Shown piece by piece: positions 7,507 to 14,612 of a DNA stretch of 26,157 nt. Where the stretch lies: the IMG/VR virus record IMGVR_UViG_3300017766_001899, positions 1-26,157 of that record; one strand, 5' to 3'. Below the pieces are notes generated by a model. The model ran no database searches. It was given only the letters and a program-made list of their open reading frames with translations, and was not told the origin of the DNA. This DNA comes from a virus. Lineage: Duplodnaviria; Caudoviricetes. Position numbers and translations under genes: made by a program. Position 1 is the stretch's first letter. Each line of letters begins with the position of its first letter.

Positions 7507-7736
7507 CGCCTGAAATCATCAATAGCGACAACGTTTTCGCGGGCCAGGTCTTCGGAAATCTGGACCTCGATCTCCTTAGCCTTGGCGAGCCAAGCGAGGA
7601 ACGTCTGGTAGGTCGCGACGAACCGGATTTCGAAGACGACGGACCCGTCCGCCTGCGGCGCCGCCATCATGGTGCGGACGGTTTTGGACGTGGTGTCCAA
7701 GATATACCCACCGCCAAGTTCAACGTGTTCGGCCAA
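7488..7736 (-). CDS. Small protein under predicted LexA control (candidate antirepressor)
   Basis: ORF track 7488..7742. AGGGGG SD 5 nt before TTG at 7736, protein-like composition, SOS box upstream. Function inferred only. Confidence 0.65.
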   Translation of the reverse strand: MAEHVELGGGYILDTTSKTVRTMMAAPQADGSVVFEIRFVATYQTFLAWLAKAKEIEVQISEDLARENVVAIDDFRRHADTA

Positions 7737-7772
7737 TTCCACCCCCTAAATATCCAGACGGATTTAAATCCT

Positions 7773-7787
7773 GTTCTGGGAATGTTC
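7773..7787. promoter_or_regulatory. Alphaproteobacterial LexA (SOS) box
   Basis: GTTC-TGGGAAT-GTTC is an exact GTTC-N7-GTTC, overlapping the -10 region of a minus-strand promoter (TTGACT at 7809-7804). Confidence 0.75.
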
Positions 7788-8150
7788 TCCTATCACCAGC
7801 CCGAGTCAAGCGCCGTCAAGTTCCATTTCGTCGCACTTTGTACGGTAGCAGCTAGAACTAGACCCGCGTGCAAATCAATTGCGCGCCGCAACAATTCGCA
7901 CAACAACATCAATTGCTTAGTGTGCGAAACAGGCGCCGACTATCGTTCACCCGCGCGAGAGTTTCGCGGAATCCCCCATTCGCGCTTCGGCGCAACAGAA
8001 CGTGCCGCCGCATCTGTAACCAACGGACATGCGATGCGCGGCGACCTCGCTGGGGTCATGTCCGGAGGCAGTCAGCCGCTACCCTCAGAGCTGAACGCGA
8101 ACGCCGTAAGGTCTAGGCGTGACTGCGGGGAGAGACCCGCATCCAATTCT

Positions 8151-8235
8151 GCTGGGCTAGCTCACGGAGAGCACCCGATTGTTAATCGGAAGGCGGGCGT
8201 CTTAAGCGCATCGGGTTCAACTCCCCCGTCCAGCA
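8151..8235 (+). pseudogene. Degenerate tRNA-like element (anticodon GTT, Asn-type)
   Basis: 7-bp acceptor GCTGGGC/GTCCAGC, TA-GCTC/GAGC D-stem, CCGA-TTGTTAA-TCGG anticodon arm, GGGTTCAACTCCC T-loop. The D-loop is short, the T-stem has only 3 bp and the variable region is ~20 nt. Confidence 0.6.
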
Positions 8236-8343
8236 TCACCCATTCCGCACGCTCTAAGTCCCCCACCGTGAGCGCGCGTGACCCTGCCGTCCCGTCCACA
8301 CCCTACCCCCCAGAGGCCGGGACGGCAGGAAGGGGAGGCGCGA

Positions 8344-8562
8344 ATGGGTGAGCGCACGATGATCGGAAGCTCGACCTTCCTTGCCGCTCTCATGATCGCA
8401 GCCGCTGGCGCGCGCATGTCCGCAGAGCGCTCCGTCGAAGCTCGGGCAGAGCCGACTACCGACATGGCGCCGACTGAGCCGCCGCCTCCCGCCAATCGCC
8501 AGCAACGCCGACACGCGGAACGCATGGCCGCGAAAGCCGCCCGCCGAAAAACGACCGCCTAA
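8344..8562 (+). CDS. Hypothetical protein
   Basis: GGAGG SD before ATG 8344, NRQQRR motif. Confidence 0.6.
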   Translation: MGERTMIGSSTFLAALMIAAAGARMSAERSVEARAEPTTDMAPTEPPPPANRQQRRHAERMAAKAARRKTTA

Positions 8563-8632
8563 ACGAACGGCTCCCCGCGCTAACGGAGAGCCGCCGAGAA
8601 ATGCCAGCACAACCACGGAAGTTGAGGTTCCG

Positions 8633-8878
8633 ATGTCGAACGCCGACCCCGCTAATCTAGCCCCCCAAAGCGACAAGTCCAATACGGTAGCGCACACTCT
8701 GGATGAGAGCGCGCTTGAAGTTGCAGAAGTTGCGTTCCAGCAGGCCCGCGCTCACGAAACTGGCGAAACGATCCTCCACATAGGGGGAACGAACCAGCGC
8801 GCACTCCGCGCCGCTATCTCATCCTACATCGCAGCCGCCGCCCGCTCCGCAATCAATCGCGCTGGGAGTGGACAGTGA
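8633..8878 (+). CDS. Hypothetical phage protein
   Basis: GAGG SD, GTGA coupling to the next gene. Confidence 0.7.
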   Translation: MSNADPANLAPQSDKSNTVAHTLDESALEVAEVAFQQARAHETGETILHIGGTNQRALRAAISSYIAAAARSAINRAGSGQ

Positions 8879-9219
8879 CCGCCCTCTCAGCCCCCGACAC
8901 AAGCGACCTCCCGCTTTTCCAATTCGGAGGCCGTACCTACGAAGCCAAGCTAGACGCCCAACGCCTCGGAGCCCAGCTCACCCGCGTGCTTCAGGCCATG
9001 TCCGATGGACGCTGGCGGACCCTCTCCGAAATCCAGGCCCGCATCCTCGCCACAACCAACAAGCGCGATCCCGAGGCCAGCCTTTCCGCCCGTCTCCGTG
9101 ACATTCGAAAGCTCTACGGAGAGCCCGCCATGGAATCCCGCCGCCGCCATGAAGACGGCGTGGACGGGATCTGGGAGTACCGGTCGAACGTGGTGCTGGG
9201 CCAAGAGGTGGCCGCATGA
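8875..9219 (+). CDS. Winged-helix DNA-binding-like phage protein
   Basis: QLTRVLQAMSDGRWRTLSEI...PEASLSARLRDIRK...WEYR. Confidence 0.75.
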   Translation: MTALSAPDTSDLPLFQFGGRTYEAKLDAQRLGAQLTRVLQAMSDGRWRTLSEIQARILATTNKRDPEASLSARLRDIRKLYGEPAMESRRRHEDGVDGIWEYRSNVVLGQEVAA

Positions 9220-9920
9220 GCGTGGCCCGCCGCAAAATCCAGATCGCCAAGCCGCTGTTCCGGGCAATCTCCGGCCGCGCCAACCAAGATCCCGGTGGCC
9301 TGCTGCCGGATGCACACGAACAGCGCCCACCGGAAACTGAACGCCGCGCCCTCGACTTGTACCAGACTGGCGAGCCCGAGGCCATTCGCGGCCTGCTGGC
9401 GCTCGACGGAAAGCGTATCCATGAGCTGGGCAAAGTCTGGGAGCCCGCCGCAGGATACGGCCACCTGTCGCGCGAGATCGAGGCTGTTGGCCTCCCGTGC
9501 GCCGTCTCCGATATCGCAGACCACGGCTGCCCCGGCGTCGCGGTTCAGAGCTACTACGACTACACCGAAGCGCTGGCGCCGGCCATCATCACGAATCCGC
9601 CCTATGCGGAAATCAACGCGCGTGACGGACATGGCCGCTGGCTGCGCCACACGCTGAACATGCCGGGCTGGCGCTACGCCGCATTCCTCCTGTCCTGGGA
9701 CTGGCCCGCCGCTCGGGCGAACGGACTCGGCGCGCTGCTCGACGCGAACCCGTTTTCCTACTGCTACCTGATGCGCTGGAAGCTGGACTTTACGGGCGAG
9801 GGAAGCCCGCCGCAGCGCAACGCTTGGTTCATCTGGGATCGCGACTGGACCGGCAAAGAGCCTGCCTTCCGCTTCATGAACCGCGACAACGACTCGCGAC
9901 AGTCGGAGATGTTCGCATGA
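9216..9920 (+). CDS. Orphan DNA amino-methyltransferase (N6-adenine type likely)
   Basis: DLYQT, VWEPAAGYG (SAM-binding motif I) and IITNPPY (catalytic motif IV). Confidence 0.85.
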   Translation: MSVARRKIQIAKPLFRAISGRANQDPGGLLPDAHEQRPPETERRALDLYQTGEPEAIRGLLALDGKRIHELGKVWEPAAGYGHLSREIEAVGLPCAVSDIADHGCPGVAVQSYYDYTEALAPAIITNPPYAEINARDGHGRWLRHTLNMPGWRYAAFLLSWDWPAARANGLGALLDANPFSYCYLMRWKLDFTGEGSPPQRNAWFIWDRDWTGKEPAFRFMNRDNDSRQSEMFA

Positions 9921-10162
9921 GCGAGATCCTTGATCGCGCCGACGAACTCCGCGCCATCGCCGCCAAGTGCGACACGCTGCAGGACTTCTGGAAGGCCACT
10001 GGCTGGAAGGACATTCAAAGCTGCCACACGGCCAATGAGGTGCTGGGGCTCAATCTCCCCGTCATCCGCAAGACCAACCGTGGCGAGCCACGCAGGGCCG
10101 CGCAGGCATGCCCCAAGCCCACAGGCAAGGGATCGAAGCCTGCGAAGGGGGATGCAGCGTGA
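9917..10162 (+). CDS. Hypothetical protein
   Basis: ATG 9917 overlaps the MTase stop, and its own stop overlaps the next start. Confidence 0.7.
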   Translation: MSEILDRADELRAIAAKCDTLQDFWKATGWKDIQSCHTANEVLGLNLPVIRKTNRGEPRRAAQACPKPTGKGSKPAKGDAA

Positions 10163-11085
10163 GTAACCTTCCATACTTCCCGCTTTGGGTTTCCGACTAC
10201 GAAGCCAAGACGGCCCATCTGTCGTTTGAGGAAGATGGCGCCTATGGCCGCCTCCTGCGCCTTGCTTGGACGTGCCCAGGTGGAACGCTCCCGCATGACG
10301 ACGCTTGGCTGATGCGGCGGCTGCGCGCGACCGAAGAGATGTTTGATCGTGTGGTCCGCCCCGTCCTCAAGGAGTTCTTCAAGGTTCGCCGTGGCCGGTA
10401 TGTGAACGACAGACTTAAGGAGGAGTTCGACAAGGCTTCGGAGAAAACTGCGCGCCGCAAGTCAGCCGGTAAAATGGGTGGCGAAGCTAAGGCGCGGAAA
10501 GAAAAGGAATTGGTCGCTAGCAATGCTAAGCGTTTGTCACAGCAAACGCACAGCAAGTTAGAACCAAAACCAGAATCAAAACCAGTTGATGATCTGACAC
10601 CCGCGCCAGCGTTCGATTTTTCAGACGTTGACGGAAACGACCTAGACCAACTCGAAGCAGCCTGCCGCAAGTGGGCCAACGGCGCTCTGGCGCCAACGGC
10701 GGGACCGATGGTCCTTGCCCCCATCGTCCGCCTTCTGAAGCCGCACAGCGGCCCCGGCGTCACGATGGATGACGTTCGCACCGGGATCATGCGCGCCGCT
10801 GAGAGCCTGCACAGGCGCGGCGAGAAGGTCGGCATCGCCTATTTCGAGAAACCCATCCTGCAAGCGCGCGACCAGCGCCTGCGCCCCAATCCAGAACCGG
10901 AGGTCCCCAATGGCCGACACGAGCGTCCCAGCACGGATGGAGGACGTCCAGCCTATCGCGGTCGAGGACCATCTCAGGACCTCATTGGCGAGGCACTCGC
11001 TCACTTGGTTGGAGGATCGCCTGATCCCGACATCATCGAGCATACCGGACCGGTCCACGCTCGCGTCGCTGCGAGAGGCGTATGA
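10159..11085 (+). CDS. Replication initiator, DUF1376/YdaU-type N-terminus
   Basis: LPYFPLWVSDYEAKTAHLSFEEDGAYGRLLRLAW...GTLPHDD...NDRLKEE. Central low-complexity linker typical of lambda-O-position proteins. Confidence 0.85.
   Translation: MSNLPYFPLWVSDYEAKTAHLSFEEDGAYGRLLRLAWTCPGGTLPHDDAWLMRRLRATEEMFDRVVRPVLKEFFKVRRGRYVNDRLKEEFDKASEKTARRKSAGKMGGEAKARKEKELVASNAKRLSQQTHSKLEPKPESKPVDDLTPAPAFDFSDVDGNDLDQLEAACRKWANGALAPTAGPMVLAPIVRLLKPHSGPGVTMDDVRTGIMRAAESLHRRGEKVGIAYFEKPILQARDQRLRPNPEPEVPNGRHERPSTDGGRPAYRGRGPSQDLIGEALAHLVGGSPDPDIIEHTGPVHARVAARGV
10490..10590. other. Candidate replication origin inside the initiator gene
   Basis: A-rich stretch with short repeats (TAGCAA, CAGCAAA, CAGCAAG; AGAACCAAAACCAGAATCAAAACCAG), at the position where lambdoid origins lie. 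Confidence 0.45.
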
Positions 11086-11599
11086 CCTCGCATGCGAACC
11101 GGCGGATCGCAAAACGCTCAAGTCCTGGCTGACCCTGTTGTGGGCGGGGACCAAGAAGCAATCGAGCATGGGCGATCTAGTCACGGATCAGGTTCTGACG
11201 GTCTACGCCGTCGCGCTCGGCAAGTACCCGGCGGACCTTGTTCACAAGGTGCTGTCCACCTGGACCAGCACGCCAAAGCCCAAGGACGCACACCACTGGT
11301 GGCCAGCGCTCGGGGAAATCGAGGACGCAATCCGTGGCCCGGCGGATACGCGGCGCATGATCAGGGACGGGCTCAAGGAGTGGGACATGGATAAGGGCAA
11401 GCACGTTCGCCTGTCGCAGCTTTACCGCGAGTTGGCGGTTCTGGAGGGCGGGGACTTCACCTTCCACATTCGTGAACTGATGCACGCGAGCCGAGAGGAA
11501 CAGCGGGCAGGCATCGCCAAGGAAGCCGCGCGGGTCCGCGCTGAAATCTACCAACTGGAAGGCCCGAACACATTCGCCCGCGCCGCTGGCGACAACTGA
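10910..11599 (+). CDS. Putative replication accessory protein (lambda-P position), start uncertain
   Basis: Follows the initiator. YAVALGKYPADLV...WWPALGEI pattern is typical of proteins in this position. Confidence 0.6.
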   Translation: MADTSVPARMEDVQPIAVEDHLRTSLARHSLTWLEDRLIPTSSSIPDRSTLASLREAYDLACEPADRKTLKSWLTLLWAGTKKQSSMGDLVTDQVLTVYAVALGKYPADLVHKVLSTWTSTPKPKDAHHWWPALGEIEDAIRGPADTRRMIRDGLKEWDMDKGKHVRLSQLYRELAVLEGGDFTFHIRELMHASREEQRAGIAKEAARVRAEIYQLEGPNTFARAAGDN

Positions 11600-11611
11600 A
11601 GGAGACCTGAC

Positions 11612-12001
11612 GTGCTGGACGGGATGGGAATGATTGACTGGACTGCTGTGGAGTTCGACTGCGCGCCGCGTCCGGTGGCGCTGAAGGCCAAGCCGTTCGT
11701 GTCGTGTGCGCAGATCAAGGCGCGCGTGGCGAAGCGGTACGGGATCACGGTTGCGGATCTGGAAAGCGGGAGCCGCAAGCGCCAGTTTGCGCGGCCCCGG
11801 CAAGTGGCGATGGCCCTGGCGCATCGCAGGCTTACCCCGCTTGGGTATTCGCTGAGCATGATCGCGAAGAACTTCGGCGGGCGTCATTACTCTACCGTGC
11901 TTTTCGCGTGCAAGAAATACGGGTTCCAGCCTGACCCGGTGATTTCGGAGCGTGGGCGTCAGAACCGCATGGGCGCCCGCAAGCTGGAGCGCGCAGCATG
12001 A
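11612..12001 (+). CDS. DnaA C-terminal (domain IV)-like HTH protein
   Basis: VAKRYGITVADLESGSRKRQFARPRQVAMALA...SLSMIAKNFGGRHYSTVLFACKK matches the DnaA domain IV pattern. Confidence 0.88.
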   Translation: MLDGMGMIDWTAVEFDCAPRPVALKAKPFVSCAQIKARVAKRYGITVADLESGSRKRQFARPRQVAMALAHRRLTPLGYSLSMIAKNFGGRHYSTVLFACKKYGFQPDPVISERGRQNRMGARKLERAA

Positions 12002-12408
12002 GGGACAGCGACGCATTTCAAAGCTGCGCGTTCTGCCGGCGTCAAGCGGCGCGGGTGGATGAACTCGAAGAGACGGTGCGCCAGCTTCGCGCCGAACTCA
12101 GCGCCATCGGTTACCGCGCTCCGAAAGAGTTCGGGCTCACCACGTCCGAGGAAACCATGCTCGGAATGATGCTGCAACATGATCGCTTCGTGTCGGCAGA
12201 GTGCCTGTTCGATGCCATCCCGCACATCAAGGACAAGGACCATTTCGACTCGTTCAAGATTATGGCGGTCCACATCTCCAAGATGCGCCGGAAGCTGTCC
12301 TACTATCAGATCGTGATCGAGACGGGGCGGCACAAAGGCTGGCGTCTTCGCCCCGATGCTCGCGAGCGCCTTCGCAACTGGAACGTCCAGCGCGCGGAGG
12401 CCGCATGA
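11998..12408 (+). CDS. OmpR/PhoB-type winged-helix protein (CtrA-like DNA-binding domain, no receiver)
   Basis: GLTTSEETML...KIMAVHISKMRRKL...IETGRHKGWRL preceded by a short coiled coil. Confidence 0.8.
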   Translation: MRDSDAFQSCAFCRRQAARVDELEETVRQLRAELSAIGYRAPKEFGLTTSEETMLGMMLQHDRFVSAECLFDAIPHIKDKDHFDSFKIMAVHISKMRRKLSYYQIVIETGRHKGWRLRPDARERLRNWNVQRAEAA

Positions 12409-12512
12409 GCTGGGAACAGATCGGCATCGTAGCGCTAGCCGTCGCAACGCTCGTCCTATGCGGCTGGCTTTTCATCGGCGTGCTCAGGAAGAACGAGGGG
12501 AGCGACGAATGA
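12405..12512 (+). CDS. Small single-TM protein
   Basis: MSWEQIGIVALAVATLVLCGWLFIGVLRKNEGSDE, ATGA overlaps on both sides. Confidence 0.65.
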   Translation: MSWEQIGIVALAVATLVLCGWLFIGVLRKNEGSDE

Positions 12513-12628
12513 CGACGCTCCAAGCAGTCTCGGCCGCTGTGGTCAGCGTGATCATGATGGGAGTCGGCTGCATGATCATGATCATCGGAGTGATGCTCTT
12601 TCACCATGTCATGACGTGGCGCCCATGA
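12509..12628 (+). CDS. Small single-TM protein
   Basis: MTTLQAVSAAVVSVIMMGVGCMIMIIGVMLFHHVMTWRP, ATGA overlaps on both sides. Confidence 0.6.
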   Translation: MTTLQAVSAAVVSVIMMGVGCMIMIIGVMLFHHVMTWRP

Positions 12629-12852
12629 GCGGCTGGCAACCTATCGAGACGGCCCCGACCAAGGGCTCGCAGCAGCTCATCCTCGGCCACGCAGAACAGC
12701 GCTGGATCAGGTTCGGCCGATACTACCCCGAGTTTCGCAAGTGGTACTACAGCGGCACGAACGAGCGGCAGCAATACTCCGAAACGGAGGGCGGCGTTCC
12801 AACCCACTGGCAGCCGCTTCCCGAACCCCCCACCCCCTCTGACGGAGCATAA
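12625..12852 (+). CDS. DUF551 family protein
   Basis: WQPIETAP ... PTHWQPLPEPP. Confidence 0.88.
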   Translation: MSGWQPIETAPTKGSQQLILGHAEQRWIRFGRYYPEFRKWYYSGTNERQQYSETEGGVPTHWQPLPEPPTPSDGA

Positions 12853-12856
12853 GACC

Positions 12857-13504
12857 ATGCGCGCCGGACGCCCGAGAAAATCCATGGCCCCCCGATTCCC
12901 CGGGGGGAAAGTTGACCGCCGCGCAATCTCCAAGGAGGTTGCTGATCGGATGGAGCCTCGCGGCCAGATTGGCCACGACATCATCGAACCAAGCCCGCTC
13001 GTAACTGAGCGCCGGATCGCCCTGCTGGGGTCTGCGAGCGCCTTGGGTGAGCTGGAATGCCCGACGACCATACTACGCTCCAAGCTGGACGAGGACCAGC
13101 GCATCGCTGCGGAGATGGCGCGCACAGCCTACCAGCGTTATGCTGCGGCTTCCATGCACCCCCGCGTGGTCGCCGGCCAGCTTCAGGACTTCATCCAGGG
13201 CTCGGGCGGATCGGGAATGCCCGTCGAAGTCGCAGAGCGCGCCACGGCGGAATACGAGCAGCTTCGCCGCGCCATCCTGCGCGAGGTTCGTTTCCGGTTC
13301 CGGTTCAATGCCGGAAACGACGTTCCGGCCAGCGCCATCGCCCGTCAGGCATGGCGGGAAGTCCGCCGCCTGATGCAAGGGGAGATGCCGCGCAACCTCC
13401 ACGCCCTGAAACTCGGCCTCGACGCCATAGTTGAACACAGGAAGATCGAGCAGCGGGAGGGCATACGGACGAATACCGCGCCTTATCTCGAAAGGGCGGC
13501 TTGA
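12857..13504 (+). CDS. Putative late-gene transcription regulator (Q position)
   Basis: Last gene of the early-right operon. Basic N-terminus RAGRPRK and C-terminal LKLGLDAIVEH are typical of alphaproteobacterial prophage proteins in this slot. Followed by a terminator. Confidence 0.55.
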   Translation: MRAGRPRKSMAPRFPGGKVDRRAISKEVADRMEPRGQIGHDIIEPSPLVTERRIALLGSASALGELECPTTILRSKLDEDQRIAAEMARTAYQRYAAASMHPRVVAGQLQDFIQGSGGSGMPVEVAERATAEYEQLRRAILREVRFRFRFNAGNDVPASAIARQAWREVRRLMQGEMPRNLHALKLGLDAIVEHRKIEQREGIRTNTAPYLERAA

Positions 13505-13575
13505 CCTTCGCTGGAAATCGCCGCAATTTCCGAAATACAGGGTGCGGTGTCGCGCCCGCACGCAAGATATTGATT

Positions 13576-13604
13576 GGCCGCTCCATAACCGGGGCGGCCT
13601 TTCT
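13576..13604 (+). terminator. Intrinsic terminator-like hairpin
   Basis: GGCCGCTCC-ATAACC-GGGGCGGCC followed by TTTCT. Confidence 0.65.
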
Positions 13605-13621
13605 CATTCAAGGCTGGGGCC

Positions 13622-13699
13622 ATGGAAATCGCCATTTTGCTGGCGCTGCTCTTTGCAGCCCCTTTCGTGGCCTATGTGGCCCGCGCGTTGAGAGGCTAG
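13622..13699 (+). CDS. Small hydrophobic peptide (25 aa)
   Basis: Manual translation MEIAILLALLFAAPFVAYVARALRG, GGGG upstream. Confidence 0.45.
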   Translation: MEIAILLALLFAAPFVAYVARALRG

Positions 13700-13706
13700 G
13701 GGCGGG

Positions 13707-14222
13707 GTGGCCTTCACCGTCCCGTTCTTCAAGCCTCACAAAGAGCCCCTCTTCAACGAGGCCGGGGTAAGCCCCGAGGATCAGGCCGCACTCGACGCGG
13801 AGAAGCTGTACCTCTGCAAATCGGGCGAGCTGGCCCACATCCTCGATACCTGGGAGAGGCTTGAGGATCGCGAGGAGCAAATCCGCAAGCTGATGGGGCC
13901 GAGGCTCCGCAAGCGCTTCGACTCGGGAATTACCGAGTTCGACCTTCACCTTCAGGAAGGCGTCATCAGCCTGATCTTCCGGCATGACGCACGACTAGGG
14001 GGAGGCCCTGACAACAACGCCGGCTGGGCGAGGGCGACAATCACGCTGGCCCTGTTCCGCGAAGAGTTCGCGCCGCCGCCGAAAGTCTCGGACTGGACCC
14101 CGGAATTGCCGCTGCAACAACCCGTCACAGCCGAGCCGCCAAAGCAAAAACCCGAGTCGAAACAACCCACTCCGGGCAAAGCCACGCTGGCGCGCAAATC
14201 CCCAATTCGGACAGGCAAATGA
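13707..14222 (+). CDS. Hypothetical protein
   Basis: ORF track, ATGA coupling downstream. Confidence 0.7.
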   Translation: MAFTVPFFKPHKEPLFNEAGVSPEDQAALDAEKLYLCKSGELAHILDTWERLEDREEQIRKLMGPRLRKRFDSGITEFDLHLQEGVISLIFRHDARLGGGPDNNAGWARATITLALFREEFAPPPKVSDWTPELPLQQPVTAEPPKQKPESKQPTPGKATLARKSPIRTGK

Positions 14223-14443
14223 TCCGCACGGTCGCAAAACTCCGGGCGCCATGGTGGGGTGGACAGGCGAAAGTCGAGTTCGTCTCCAACTTCCGCCGCA
14301 TGAAGCCCGAACACCGCATGTCCCTGCTCAACCAGTGCCTCAAGCAGATGCGCGCTGAATACGACCTCGCAGAACAGCACCACAGGATTCAGGTTCGGGA
14401 CGAAGACGCCCGCAACGCTGAAGCCATTGGACGCCGCGCATGA
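14219..14443 (+). CDS. Hypothetical protein
   Basis: ORF track, ATGA overlaps. Confidence 0.7.
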   Translation: MIRTVAKLRAPWWGGQAKVEFVSNFRRMKPEHRMSLLNQCLKQMRAEYDLAEQHHRIQVRDEDARNAEAIGRRA

Positions 14444-14538
14444 ACCGCCCCCGTCACGCATCCCCATTCCGAATATACGCATTCATGGCAGGCATCATTG
14501 CCCTTGCCGTGTTCATCGCGCTCCCGGCGTTCAAATAG
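14440..14538 (+). CDS. Small single-TM peptide (32 aa)
   Basis: Manual translation MNRPRHASPFRIYAFMAGIIALAVFIALPAFK, ATGA overlap. Confidence 0.55.
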   Translation: MNRPRHASPFRIYAFMAGIIALAVFIALPAFK

Positions 14539-14612
14539 CGCCAACCCCTTAAAAGCGCCGGCAGTCCGCCTGAGAGCGACGCGGCGTCACCAATTCAACA
14601 AGCGAGGACGTT

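Noticed and set aside
8182-8205. Two TTAA half-sites as a CtrA box
   Set aside because: Spacing is 16 nt rather than 7, and both fall in loops of the tRNA-like element.
7503-8351. 282-aa plus-strand ORF in the cII position
   Set aside because: The first third reads as the antisense shadow of the minus-strand gene and the rest crosses hairpins and the tRNA-like element with no protein-like motif. A short real peptide from the GTGA overlap with cro cannot be fully excluded.
8568-8593. Hairpin CGGCTC...GAGCCG as an intrinsic terminator
   Set aside because: No U-tract follows, so its function cannot be assigned.
9216-9920. Restriction-modification system formed with an HNH gene
   Set aside because: The HNH genes are distant and in different transcription units. 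Orphan MTases are common in phage early regions.
14555-14587. Small stem-loop with CTGAGA loop as a TPP riboswitch fragment
   Set aside because: The other TPP aptamer elements are absent. It may be a minor late-leader hairpin but is unsupported.
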